From contig JBEKKL010000011.1 of the NCBI GenBank assembly GCA_050010735.1, forward strand, positions 13,894 through 77,893: DNA of 64,000 nucleotides, written 5' to 3'. This stretch comes from Terracidiphilus sp. (GTDB lineage: Bacteria; Acidobacteriota; Terriglobia; Terriglobales; Acidobacteriaceae). Position numbers and translations under genes: made by a program. Under the pieces are notes generated by a model, which saw nothing but the letters and a program-made list of their open reading frames with translations, did not search any database and was not told the origin of the DNA. This document shows positions 36,052 to 46,247 of this stretch, in pieces (within the stretch, counting starts at the first letter, position 1; each line of letters begins with the position of its first letter).

Positions 36052-38997
36052 CTATCCGGTTTTCTGAATCTGCACTAATTCGCTGCCTGGCTCACGATAA
36101 TCCTCGCGCTTCCACTTGCGCTCGACTTCTACGCCGTTCTGAGGCGTTGGACGGCCGTGGCGGGAATTCGTGCGCGGCAGCGGGTCATCGCCTTGCTCAC
36201 CGAGCACCCTAAGCTTCACCGAGGTCTCTTTATAGGCGGGCGTGTGTGTGACCTTATCGGTGTAGCTGCTCGTAAGACGGTTGACCGGCTCATCGACCGA
36301 GTTCATCGGCATGTATAACTCATTTCCGCGAACTCTTGTGGTGATCACAGCCTGCGCGCGCACTTTTCCGTAGCGCGAAACGAGCTGAACCCAACTGCCT
36401 GTCTGGATGCCGCGCTCGGTAGCGAGCTCCGGCGAGACTTCCACAAAGGTGCCTGGTGTCTTTTCGCGAATGCCCTCGGTTCGATAGGTCATGTTGCCCT
36501 CGTGGAAGTGTTCGAGCAGGCGGCCGTTGTTCAAGTGCAGATCATACTCCGCATTCGGCTGATCGGAGGGCTCGGTCCATGAAAGCGGGAAAAAGGTCGC
36601 TTTGCCCCCTGCTAGCTGGAATTGCTGAGTGTAGAGCAGAGGCTGATCGCTGCCGTCTTCTGCTACCGGCCATTGCAGAGACTTATAACCCTCGAGCCGT
36701 TCATAAGTGACGCCCGCCATGTTTGGAGTAAGTAGAGCGATCTCTTTGTAGATTTGAGAGGGGTGAGTGAACTTCCAACCTGCGCCCAGGCGGTTGGCAA
36801 TCTCCTGGATGATCTTCCAATCGGGGCGGCTGTCACCAAGCGGTTCGAGAACCCGATAGAGCCGTTGAATACGCCTCTCTGTGTTGGTGAAGGTTCCTTC
36901 CTTTTCAAGACTCGGGCAGCCGGGTAAAATAACATCGGCAAATCGGCAGGTCTCGGTGAAGAAGATCTCCTGCATCACAAAGAAGTCCAGCTTAGACAGC
37001 GCTTCGGCCACGTAATTTGCATTCGAATCCACAAGGCTCAGCTCTTCGCCGAAGACATACATCGATTTGAGCCGGCCATCGTGAATCGCGTCGATCATCA
37101 GGTGGTTATCGAGGCCGGGCTTGGGCGGCAAAGAAACGCCCCATCCTTTTTCGAACTTAGCCCGAATTTTCGGATCGTCCACCTTTTGATAACCGGGAAA
37201 GTAATTGGGCATCGCGCCATGATCGCTGGCTCCCTGCACGTTGTTGTGCCCGCGCAAAGGGTAAGCGCCTGTCCCAGGCCGCATATAGTTGCCCGTGGCT
37301 AGCAGCAGATTCGAAATTGCCGTAGAGGTGTCGGAACCCATGACGTGTTGCGTCACACCCATGGCCCAGAGAATGCAAACGCTATCGGCCTCCGCGATCA
37401 TGCGCGCGACCCTGGTCAATGTTTCGACAGGCAATCCGCATCTTTGGCTGGCCGTTTCCAATGTGAATGGCTCAAGGCTCTTCCGATATTCCTCAGAGTT
37501 ATTAACCCATTTGTCGATGAACGCCCGATTTGCGAGACCGTTGTCGAAAATGTAGCGTGTAACTGCCGAAAGCCAGAAAAGATCGGTGCCCGGACGTGGA
37601 TGCAGAAAGATATCCGCTCGTCGCGCCATCTCATTCTCACGAAGATCGGAGACAATCAGTTTTTGCCCGTGCAGCTTATGAGCTCGCTTGACCCGCGTCG
37701 CCAGTACTGGATGGCTTTCGGCGGTATTACTGCCGATGATTACAACCAATTCGGCCTTCTCGATGTCGGAGATCGAACCAGAATCGCCGCCATAACCAAC
37801 GGTACGGAAAAGCCCGGTGGTCGCGGGCGCTTGGCAATAGCGAGAGCAGTTATCCATGTTATTGGTGCCGATCACCGCCCGTGCTAACTTCTGCATCAGA
37901 TAGCTTTCTTCGTTGGTGCATTTTGAGGAAGAGATAAAAGCCAGTGAGTCAGAACCGGTGGCCGCCTTGATTTCGCTGAATCTGCGTGCCACCAGGCTGA
38001 GAGCCTCATCCCAGGAGGCTTGGCGGAAGCTGTTTCCTTCGCGAATGAGCGGGCTGGTGAGCCGGTCGGGGCTGTTCACATAGTCCCAGCCGAATTTGCC
38101 TTTGATGCATGTGGATACGCCGTTGGCAGGGCCATGCGCCGGCTCCACTTTCAAGATGTGCCGATCTTTGGTCCATAGATCGAAGCTGCAACCTACGCCG
38201 CAGTAGGTACAGACGGTCTTGGTGCGCTTGATCTTTGGCTCGCGCATGGCCGATTCGGCCTCAGAGAGCTTGAGAATTGAGCCATAACCGACCTCCGGCT
38301 CGATCCCCTTAACCACATCGATCATGCCGTCAAGTGCGGTCTTCGGGAGAGACGTAAAGTAGCCGGCTTGGCCTAGCATCGACCTCTCCATCAGCGCATT
38401 GCAGGGGCAGACGGTGATGCAGTGACCACAAGAGACGCAGCTCGATTCGCCGATTGGCGCTCCTCCATCCCACAACACGCGCGGATGAGGATCTTCCCAG
38501 TTGATGCTCAGCGTTTCATTCACCTGCAGATTCTGGCAGGCCTCTACGCAGCGTCCGCAAAGAATGCACTGATCCGGATCGTAGCGATAGAAGGGATTGG
38601 AGAGATCCACTTTGTACGGCTTGGGCTCAAATGGGGTGTCCTGATGCTCGACGTTAAGAAGCTTGGTGGTGTTATGCACGATACAGTTGCCGTTACTGTT
38701 ATCGCAAACCGTGCAATAAAGCAGATGGTTGCCTAGAATCCGGTCGAAGGCTTCACGCTGCGCCGCAGCCGCGCGCGGCGAGGATGTAACGACGTTCATG
38801 CCGTCCACTGCAAGGGTGGAGCAGGCCCTTGTCAGCCGGCCATCCACTTCCACCATGCAGGTGTCGCAGGTTTGGATTGGTCCTAACTGAGGGTGATAGC
38901 AGACTTGGGGAACTTCGAGGTCGCAACGGTTGATCGCATGAATCAGGCGATCACCGGGCTGAAACGCCTGCGACTTGCCGTTGATGGTGATTGCCAC
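36052..38997 (-). CDS. formate dehydrogenase catalytic subunit, FdhA/YjgC(ForC) type (2Fe-2S + 4Fe-4S + Mo-bisPGD, Cys active site)
   Basis: GTG start at 38997, 9 nt after AGGAGG. N-terminal ferredoxin-like Cys clusters (CDTC, CPCN...). Molybdopterin oxidoreductase body with CSRYCQAP (Cys, no in-frame TGA). Confidence 0.9.
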   Translation of the reverse strand: MAITINGKSQAFQPGDRLIHAINRCDLEVPQVCYHPQLGPIQTCDTCMVEVDGRLTRACSTLAVDGMNVVTSSPRAAAAQREAFDRILGNHLLYCTVCDNSNGNCIVHNTTKLLNVEHQDTPFEPKPYKVDLSNPFYRYDPDQCILCGRCVEACQNLQVNETLSINWEDPHPRVLWDGGAPIGESSCVSCGHCITVCPCNALMERSMLGQAGYFTSLPKTALDGMIDVVKGIEPEVGYGSILKLSEAESAMREPKIKRTKTVCTYCGVGCSFDLWTKDRHILKVEPAHGPANGVSTCIKGKFGWDYVNSPDRLTSPLIREGNSFRQASWDEALSLVARRFSEIKAATGSDSLAFISSSKCTNEESYLMQKLARAVIGTNNMDNCSRYCQAPATTGLFRTVGYGGDSGSISDIEKAELVVIIGSNTAESHPVLATRVKRAHKLHGQKLIVSDLRENEMARRADIFLHPRPGTDLFWLSAVTRYIFDNGLANRAFIDKWVNNSEEYRKSLEPFTLETASQRCGLPVETLTRVARMIAEADSVCILWAMGVTQHVMGSDTSTAISNLLLATGNYMRPGTGAYPLRGHNNVQGASDHGAMPNYFPGYQKVDDPKIRAKFEKGWGVSLPPKPGLDNHLMIDAIHDGRLKSMYVFGEELSLVDSNANYVAEALSKLDFFVMQEIFFTETCRFADVILPGCPSLEKEGTFTNTERRIQRLYRVLEPLGDSRPDWKIIQEIANRLGAGWKFTHPSQIYKEIALLTPNMAGVTYERLEGYKSLQWPVAEDGSDQPLLYTQQFQLAGGKATFFPLSWTEPSDQPNAEYDLHLNNGRLLEHFHEGNMTYRTEGIREKTPGTFVEVSPELATERGIQTGSWVQLVSRYGKVRAQAVITTRVRGNELYMPMNSVDEPVNRLTSSYTDKVTHTPAYKETSVKLRVLGEQGDDPLPRTNSRHGRPTPQNGVEVERKWKREDYREPGSELVQIQKTG

Positions 38998-39149
38998 GGG
39001 AGTCTTCCTCCTATGTGCCTGATTTTGGATGGAGATTCGCGATCTGCGGATGCACAAAGTTCTCTCTTATCTTATAACTCCCAAATAATTGTTAATCCTC
39101 TGTGAATCGGGCATGCGGGCTTTGCGTTCGTCGTCCTGGTGGACAACTT

Positions 39150-39986
39150 CTAACTAGCCCGGGCATGAAGGCAACGGAATTCGCACGAATACACCATGAA
39201 TCGACGGCCCCGAAGAAATCCTATAAGAGTTAGCCCAAGTTCACGGGCAAGCTTGACCGCCAAACTGGAGGGCGCTGAGACTGAAGCCAGAATTGGGATC
39301 CCCATCGCCAACGCCTTCTGAACAATCTCGAAACCGCCCCTGCCGCTCACCAGCATCGCGTGCCGGGAAAGCGGAAGATGCTGGTTCAGAAGCGCCCATC
39401 CGGCGATCTTGTCGACCGCGTTATGCCTGCCAATATCCTCCCTCAGTACGGTCAGGCGTCCCAAGTCATCAAAAATGGCCGCTGCATGCAGCCCTCCGGT
39501 CCGGCTGAAGACCGCTTGCTCGGAACGAAGAGCTTCAGACAGCCGGCAGAGGATCTCCGGCTCCAGGCGAAAGTCGCGATCGGGTTGGCGCAAGCCCCGC
39601 ACTCGAACGGCGTCAATCGATGCTTTTCCGCAAATGCCGCAACTGGACGTCGAATAGAAATTACGCCGCATCTCTTCATGATCGACGGCCGCATCTTTCA
39701 GTTCGACTTCCACACGGTTGCTCTTGGTTCCGTTCTCTGGCGGAACAGCGCGAAGGCTCGAGATTTGGTCCCGCGAATGGATGATCCCCTCGGTCAGCAA
39801 GAAACCTGCGGCTAGTTCGAGGTCATGGCCTGGGGTTCGCATTGTGACTGCCAGAGGAGCGCCTCCGACACGAATCTCAAGTGGCTCCTCGGCAGCAAGA
39901 GAATCTTGCACCAAGCGCACGCTCCCGTCCTCCCACTCCGTGACTTGAGTCAGCTCGATGCTTCGCTCTGGCGTTTTCGGATTCAT
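39150..39986 (-). CDS. fdhD: formate dehydrogenase accessory sulfurtransferase FdhD
   Basis: SSCGICGKASID and GGLHAAA motifs. ATGA overlap with the mobA stop. Confidence 0.9.
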   Translation of the reverse strand: MNPKTPERSIELTQVTEWEDGSVRLVQDSLAAEEPLEIRVGGAPLAVTMRTPGHDLELAAGFLLTEGIIHSRDQISSLRAVPPENGTKSNRVEVELKDAAVDHEEMRRNFYSTSSCGICGKASIDAVRVRGLRQPDRDFRLEPEILCRLSEALRSEQAVFSRTGGLHAAAIFDDLGRLTVLREDIGRHNAVDKIAGWALLNQHLPLSRHAMLVSGRGGFEIVQKALAMGIPILASVSAPSSLAVKLARELGLTLIGFLRGRRFMVYSCEFRCLHARAS

Positions 39987-40588
39987 CTCAAGTCGTCCGG
40001 CGAATTGACGTTGCGGTACAGACGCCTTTCATCGTCATTGACGGGATAAATACCGATTTTTTGCTGCTCCAGCAGATCCTCAATCAACGATCGCAAAGAG
40101 AGACGATTCATTGCGAGCGCGCGCGCTGCATTCGATTCCGCAGTTGCTGGATAAATCGCAGCCAGCGGCTCATAACCTTGGCCACATTGCGGAACCACGC
40201 CAACTCCTGGGCGCACAGATTCCCAAATCCTGAGTAGGTGTTCGGTCGTCATCTCAGGCAAATCGATCGCCAAAGCGAGTAGATGTGTCGATTGAATCTG
40301 TCTTAATGCTGCCGCGAACCCGCTCAGCGGCCCCCGCGAAGGCGGATCGTCCCGCACAACCTCGACATCAGCGGGAGCCCACGCGGGCGTGTTGCGCGCA
40401 GAGATTAGAAGTTTCCCCGGACAAAGCTCTCGCAACGTGTCCAACTGCCTCGACCACAAGGGCTTTCCTGCGATCGTCAAGGTAGCCTTGTCCGCGCCCA
40501 TGCGCCGCGATTCTCCACCCGCAAATAAAACGGCAGTTAAAGTCTGAATCACGGTCATCTCACGCGACATCCGAATTGCAGAGAGCAA
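39983..40588 (-). CDS. mobA: molybdenum cofactor guanylyltransferase
   Basis: LFAGGESRRMGADKA is the N-terminal MobA motif. Start codon is uncertain (several Met). Confidence 0.85.
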   Translation of the reverse strand: MLSAIRMSREMTVIQTLTAVLFAGGESRRMGADKATLTIAGKPLWSRQLDTLRELCPGKLLISARNTPAWAPADVEVVRDDPPSRGPLSGFAAALRQIQSTHLLALAIDLPEMTTEHLLRIWESVRPGVGVVPQCGQGYEPLAAIYPATAESNAARALAMNRLSLRSLIEDLLEQQKIGIYPVNDDERRLYRNVNSPDDLR

Positions 40589-40606
40589 TGGCCAGCAAAA
40601 TAAGTT

Positions 40607-41089
40607 CTAAACCGACGACAATAAAGCGGTCGGTTTTTCCGCACAAATAATTCCGTCGGAGAGGATTCGCGCTCTCAGGCCACCGCGCCCTTCAAGTAAC
40701 TTCTCTGCGCCGGGCGCGACTGCCAGGTTCATCCAATAACATGGACTGCATTCAGCAACTCCCGCGAAGCGCACACCTTGAATATTGAACTCAACACCCA
40801 CTAATGAATTCAGATTCACATCCGCAGTAATGACGTTTCGTCGAGTAACACCGGGAGATTTGTCACTCACTCCAAGCTGGCAGCAAATCTCTGCGAAGAC
40901 CTCAGAGGAGAAAAACGTGATCTGTCCTTTATAACCGCCCTTGTAGTCAAAGAAGCGATCACCTTTAATCCCTCGTCCAGCAACACACGACACTTCGGTC
41001 TTCTCGATCAGCGGATACTCTCCTGCCGGCTGTTCATGATGGCCAAAGAAGTTATGGCCGGGGGAAATAAAGAGTCGGCAGATCCTCAT
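40607..41089 (-). CDS. MOSC domain-containing protein
   Basis: GDRF...TRRNVIT...CSPC pattern with a conserved Cys near the C-terminus. First gene of the FDH operon. Confidence 0.75.
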   Translation of the reverse strand: MRICRLFISPGHNFFGHHEQPAGEYPLIEKTEVSCVAGRGIKGDRFFDYKGGYKGQITFFSSEVFAEICCQLGVSDKSPGVTRRNVITADVNLNSLVGVEFNIQGVRFAGVAECSPCYWMNLAVAPGAEKLLEGRGGLRARILSDGIICAEKPTALLSSV

Positions 41090-41215
41090 ATTTGTCGCTC
41101 ACTTGCCGTCGGATCGAGATTAATAGCCCCTTCTTGCGGTCGATCAATAACCCACCGCACACCAATTACTACCCGGCTTGTTCACTGCAAGGCAACAAGC
41201 GTCCCGGCGGCTAAG

Positions 41216-42319
41216 CTATCTCGACCCCGAGTCTGAGTCTGATGCGGAGGCGGATTCGATCTCCGGTGTCACGACTGACTGCTGCTGAAGACTGTATCCA
41301 TCTCGCGTGCGCAGGTGATACTTCTCGAGAGCCTTGCCCACCAACTGCACCTTGATCGAGCGCCAGCCCCGATTGGGATTGGGCTGGGGATAGTAACTGA
41401 GAGTATAGAGGTGAGTGAGATCCTCCTTGATCGAGGAGAAGGCTTCTTTTTCCTGCCGCCAATTGCTTGCGAAATAGGCTATGCCACCGGTGGCTTTGCT
41501 CATGCGTTCAAAGGCGGCAGAGGAGACCGGTTCCGACTTGGCCTCGCGTGTACTGACGATGTAGATGATCGTTCCGGTCGACTGCGCCAACTCGGCCACA
41601 TCCTCTGGGGGAATCGAGCTGGCGTTGTCGGGTCCGTTGGAGAAGACCACGATCGCCTTCCGTCCGCGAAGCTGCGCTGCATCCTTGACGGTCAACAAAA
41701 GTGAGTTATAGAGCGCTGCATCGTCTCCAGCGACTGTGCTGCGCACTCCGCGGACAACGCTGAATCGGTCAGGACTGAGCGAGGCCGCTCGAGAAAGATC
41801 GCGGCTGTACGAATAAAATGCAACTTTGCTGGCCTCGGGTATTGACCGCACAAAGTCGGTAATCGCGTCTTGTGCGAAGACAAAGCTTCGGTACATATAG
41901 TTGCTGGTGTCGAAGAGAATAAAGACATTGGCCCCGGCTAACCCAGGAATGGTAACTCCCGCGAAGGTATGCTCGGGCCCTGGAGGATCCGGTTCCGATG
42001 CTTTTGCAGCGCCTGGCGCCGAATCCGGAGCAGGAGACGACGCGGCCGCAAGCAGGTCGCGAGGAACTGCGTCGCCTTCCTCGAAGGTTGAGAGCTTCTG
42101 GGAAATATTGTCTTCTTTGATAACAAAGTCCTCCGGGCGAAGACCCGAGATATAGTGCCCTTTGCTATCTGTAACAGCAACGTTGAGCTGCACCAGGACG
42201 ACGTTAACCCGGAAATGCGATGGCTCGTCCTGGGCCGCGGGATGCGGTGCGACGGCCATGAAGAGAAACAGTGGCGTGCATAGCTTGAGGCAGGTGAAGA
42301 TTCTGTTTAAGCGAGTCAT
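41216..42319 (-). CDS. secreted VWA-domain protein (Acidobacteria-type VWFA-related family)
   Basis: Signal peptide followed by FRVNVVLVQLNVAVTDSKGHYISGLRPEDFVIKEDN, the characteristic N-terminal block. VWA-like DTSNYM and downstream beta-alpha pattern. Confidence 0.75.
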   Translation of the reverse strand: MTRLNRIFTCLKLCTPLFLFMAVAPHPAAQDEPSHFRVNVVLVQLNVAVTDSKGHYISGLRPEDFVIKEDNISQKLSTFEEGDAVPRDLLAAASSPAPDSAPGAAKASEPDPPGPEHTFAGVTIPGLAGANVFILFDTSNYMYRSFVFAQDAITDFVRSIPEASKVAFYSYSRDLSRAASLSPDRFSVVRGVRSTVAGDDAALYNSLLLTVKDAAQLRGRKAIVVFSNGPDNASSIPPEDVAELAQSTGTIIYIVSTREAKSEPVSSAAFERMSKATGGIAYFASNWRQEKEAFSSIKEDLTHLYTLSYYPQPNPNRGWRSIKVQLVGKALEKYHLRTRDGYSLQQQSVVTPEIESASASDSDSGSR

Positions 42320-42530
42320 TCTGTTTGCGCTCCCATCCTCTGCGTTTTTGAGGGTCCCTGCTGTGGGATCACCGCACCCACCTAAGGGCGCAGTTTCCGG
42401 GTTGGGTCTTTACTGGAAAAGTCTTCCAACGGATCTCCAAACTCAGATGTGATGCCTACACCACAAGGCGGGGTTGCTGTTGCTCCCGCCACCACTTCCA
42501 AATGTTCTGTCGCAACGGCGCGCGTGCCGA

Positions 42531-45500
42531 TTAGCGGTTACCGTTTGCGGCCACGTCCACCCAAGAACTGTCGACTTGCCCGGTCGTCGCAGCCGCATAC
42601 GGGGCGATCTTTCCCTGCCGGAATTGATCGCCAGTTTCACGCATTGCGCGCAACAACGCCGGCCAATCGTCGATGTCGGTGGCGAAGATATTCGCGACCA
42701 TATGCTTGGTCAAATCGGGAATCAAGACGTTGAGCATTACCGGCGAATAGCCCCTCTCGTCGGCGAGGCGTGCCCAATAAAGGTTGCTGGACTCCCATGA
42801 TTCGCCGAAGAGCCGGCCATCAAAGGCGCCTGAAAATGGAAATATCCCCGTGTTAAGCAGGGAGTTGGAGTTGCTTTGCGCCAACGCCGGATGCGGCGTC
42901 CCAAAGTCCCTCGCGAGTCGCTCCGGATTGACATGGGAAGGATCTCTCTGAATCAGAGCGTCCAAATCCCGGCCCGCGCTTCCCCAAAGACTTGCTTCTT
43001 CCGGAAACTTGCTTCGGAATTCGGCGGCCAGGAAGTAGGTATCTGCCGGCATCATTTGAGAGACCAGTTCCGTCGCGCCGTCCGGCTGCTCGAGGGCCGC
43101 CTGTGCTTGTTCCAACCGCTCCGACGGTAGGCGGTCAGAGAGGATGCTCAACACCTTCTCTTTCAATTGCGGATTCGAAGCGGAGGCGGTCAGGAGCTCT
43201 TCGCCGAAGCGCTGGTAGAGAGCGGCGGCGTGCATCTCGTCCTTATCGACGTCCCACCATCGCGGCATAACTGAGACGACCAGGAGTTCCGGGACGACCT
43301 CCCGCCAGATCAAGGCCTGTATCTTCTCCGGGGCGATGAAATCCTGCTCCATCGAAGCCAATGCGTAGGGCAGGTCAGAGAGCGACCCCAGCAGATAAGC
43401 TCCGCCGCCCGCAGTGACGCCGATGCCGATCAGCTCCGGTGGGCTCCAAACGTTCTCGACTCCCTGCACCGACGATGCGGAGAAGTCGTGGGAGCGTACG
43501 AAGAGCGGATTATTGTGCAAGACCTGAGCCCCGGGGGGCTCGTAGTACGCGTAGTTAAAGCCGACCAGGGTGTCTCTGAGAAAGGGCGTGAGCAGGCCGC
43601 GCGCATTTTCGAATTGGGCGGGTGGGCCGGGAGAGCGAATGGTCTTGGTCAGGTCGGTTCGCACTTGCAACTCCGCGTGGCGGGCGCTGTACACAACCGG
43701 AGACCACGACGCCCTCTCCATTCCCGTGAAGATCGGGCGGGGCATCTCGAATTCGCGCAGGTCCGCCGCAAGCGGAATCAAACTGTCGCCAACGGCCTTT
43801 CCGTGCGCCATCTCGTCCAGGCCATCGTAGAGTCCGAAAAGCGTGTCGAGCGAAACCAAGCGCTGATCGTCCATAACAGAGCGGATTCTCCGAGCAAGCT
43901 CCTTATGCACACGCCTGCCTTCCGGAGTGTTCTGAGGCGGACCCGCGAGCAAATCCACCACCTGATCCTGGGAAAGGTGCTTGTTGCCTGAGGCTGTCTG
44001 CAGCGTCGACTCAAGCGAAGCTCGCGATCCATCGAATAGCTGGGTTGATGACGTGACTGTGAGGAAGGGATGCACCGCATTGAGCCATGATTGGTTCAAG
44101 GCCGGTTTCTCGATCTGTCCTTGCCGGGCTAGTATCTGCCAAAGGCCAATGTCCGCCTGAAACGCGCCCAGCGCATTCGAGCGCAGAGCGGGGTTTGGAA
44201 TCTTTTCGATGCGTTCAGCGGCTTGGATAAAAGACGCGATGGATGAATCGTCCAACGCGGGGAACTCGGCAAAGATCGGGTACCAGCTGTTGAACTCTGA
44301 GAACCTGCCGGCAATGGTCCGCACAGCAGCATCCCCCAATCGATTCTCCGGCGACCGTCCGTTGTCGATTGCGCAGAGAAGCAGATAAATCCGCAGGGGG
44401 TCGGCGGCGGCTTCAAGAGCAGAAGATGCTACGAGCGCTTCGAGCAACTTCTCCGGCGATTCCCAGGAGCGGCTGCTGGTTGCCCAGTCGCGGATACCGT
44501 TCGTATTGGACTTGTGGGTGAGGATCTCTTGCCAGATTTGCAGATTCCCGGGAATCTGAGCTTCGCCATTTGGCTGCCACTGCAGACGGGAGAAAAGCAC
44601 CATGAGCCCAGAGTTTCTTGGGAAGACGCCTGCCGCCGCGTTGGTTACGCTCGACTCGCGGGGCACCGATCGGAACGCGAAATAGAGGCGCCTGAGCCGA
44701 TTACCGTCAGTAAAGTGGGCTTGCTGCGCTGGATTGATGCGCGAAAGGGCATCAAAGTATGCTATGAGCCAGCCGCGATCTCTGGTAAGCAGATGGGTGA
44801 CGAACTCGCCCGATGCGTCTGGACTTGCTCCCACAAGCTCCTTCCAGATTCCTTCGGCGCTCGCTCCGCCGGGTACGGCGACCCGGCCGCCGCGAATGCA
44901 GATGCGGCTGCCATAGAAATCAAGCAGCGGAGCGTAAGGAAGCAATCGTCTCAGTCCAGGCGAGCGCTCCAGGACAAGCCCTGTTTGTCGATCATTCCTG
45001 GCAAGAGCGGAGTAGAGACGATCCACGTCCCGATCGTGCAGCAGGATGTCGAGGAGCTCGGTCCGGTCCTCCCTCTGCGCAGCCGACAGTGAGATCCAGG
45101 CTTTTTGGGAGAAGAGGATGGGGACACTGGTCGCGGGAAATGCGAAGTTGAACGGAGTACCTTTTTGAAGATCCTCTTCAAGCTCCGTGAGGGGAAAGCC
45201 CGAGTCGATGGTCAGGAAGGCGCGCTTCGGATTCTCGGTCACGAGGTAGGCGCCCTTCGGCCCACAACCCTCTTGAAACCGGTATCCGAGAATCTGAATC
45301 AGCGGAGCGGCAGCGTCACAACTCGCAACGCGGATGTAGCCCTCGGGGCCGGCCAGGGACTGCAGCTCCCGTGCGAACCTTACGTAGCGATCGATCAACA
45401 CCAGAAATTCAGTTGGCCTGTCATGCTCGTATCCCCACAAAGAGATATTGCGGGCCAGCAGAGGCAGCACTTCGTCGGAAGAGGCCTCCTGGCTGATGCC

Positions 45501-45710
45501 GGCCATACGAAGGAAAGGCCGCAAGGGACCGGGAATTACGACAACATTTGCGGTTAGAGATCTCTGCGAGGATTCCGCTGAGACGCCTTGCTGCGGTGCT
45601 AGGGGCTGAGTATCCGTTTGCTGCGGCTCACCGGAGCCGGAAGCAGAACCGGATGCGAGGCACAACAGACCCGCGGCAAAGATGACGTGAGAACGAAGAG
45701 GAAGCTTCAT
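42531..45710 (-). CDS. 1059-aa secreted protein of unknown function
   Basis: Signal peptide MKLPLRSHVIFAAGLLCLASGSASG. Protein-like composition throughout. No motif recognised. Confidence 0.7.
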   Translation of the reverse strand: MKLPLRSHVIFAAGLLCLASGSASGSGEPQQTDTQPLAPQQGVSAESSQRSLTANVVVIPGPLRPFLRMAGISQEASSDEVLPLLARNISLWGYEHDRPTEFLVLIDRYVRFARELQSLAGPEGYIRVASCDAAAPLIQILGYRFQEGCGPKGAYLVTENPKRAFLTIDSGFPLTELEEDLQKGTPFNFAFPATSVPILFSQKAWISLSAAQREDRTELLDILLHDRDVDRLYSALARNDRQTGLVLERSPGLRRLLPYAPLLDFYGSRICIRGGRVAVPGGASAEGIWKELVGASPDASGEFVTHLLTRDRGWLIAYFDALSRINPAQQAHFTDGNRLRRLYFAFRSVPRESSVTNAAAGVFPRNSGLMVLFSRLQWQPNGEAQIPGNLQIWQEILTHKSNTNGIRDWATSSRSWESPEKLLEALVASSALEAAADPLRIYLLLCAIDNGRSPENRLGDAAVRTIAGRFSEFNSWYPIFAEFPALDDSSIASFIQAAERIEKIPNPALRSNALGAFQADIGLWQILARQGQIEKPALNQSWLNAVHPFLTVTSSTQLFDGSRASLESTLQTASGNKHLSQDQVVDLLAGPPQNTPEGRRVHKELARRIRSVMDDQRLVSLDTLFGLYDGLDEMAHGKAVGDSLIPLAADLREFEMPRPIFTGMERASWSPVVYSARHAELQVRTDLTKTIRSPGPPAQFENARGLLTPFLRDTLVGFNYAYYEPPGAQVLHNNPLFVRSHDFSASSVQGVENVWSPPELIGIGVTAGGGAYLLGSLSDLPYALASMEQDFIAPEKIQALIWREVVPELLVVSVMPRWWDVDKDEMHAAALYQRFGEELLTASASNPQLKEKVLSILSDRLPSERLEQAQAALEQPDGATELVSQMMPADTYFLAAEFRSKFPEEASLWGSAGRDLDALIQRDPSHVNPERLARDFGTPHPALAQSNSNSLLNTGIFPFSGAFDGRLFGESWESSNLYWARLADERGYSPVMLNVLIPDLTKHMVANIFATDIDDWPALLRAMRETGDQFRQGKIAPYAAATTGQVDSSWVDVAANGNR

Positions 45711-46247
45711 AGCGAATATCCCACCCGATCTGCTTGCAGTCGAACTCTGATTTGGAATTTCGAACGAGTTACCGTGCGCTCAGTTGGCTGATAGTCCCGG
45801 AAAACGGTTGCGTGGCTTGGTTGAGAGCCACCCGATTCCGGATCTCAATTCGCGTGCAATGAATGCTGGCATATACCGGCCAGATTTCCAGGCGATTACC
45901 TAGGGAAGTATGAGGCCCACTTCACGAGCGTGAACGCGCCAATTTCTCGGATGCCGGAAAACCGGAGAAGACAAGGGGAACTCGGGTCCGCCGGTGAGCC
46001 ATTGTCGCAAATACCAGAGTCAATGCGCAAGCTTACCTTTGGCTTTGATGGAATTCACGTTGCGTTAAGACATCCGCGGGCTAGGTTACGGTGCTCCGTC
46101 CGGCGTGTTTTGACCCACTCCGGCACAGGCGCCTCAAGGCGGCTGACTCGAAGGCGTTCGAAGCGTTTGTTTTTTTGTTTTCTGCATCTTAAAGACCAGT
46201 TCCTGCGCGAAGTTGAAGCCATGAGGCAGGCAATCTTGGAGCCAACG

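Noticed and set aside
36052-38997. Possible selenocysteine (in-frame TGA plus SECIS) in the formate dehydrogenase.
   Set aside because: The reading frame is uninterrupted and the active-site position reads Cys (CSRYCQAP). No in-frame TGA is present.
41090-41215. Moco riboswitch upstream of the MOSC/mobA/fdhD operon, and lysine riboswitches upstream of dapB (5540-5616) and dapA (3676-3763).
   Set aside because: The regions are too short (77-126 nt), and I could not find the conserved core sequences of either riboswitch class by eye. A cmscan would be needed to be certain.
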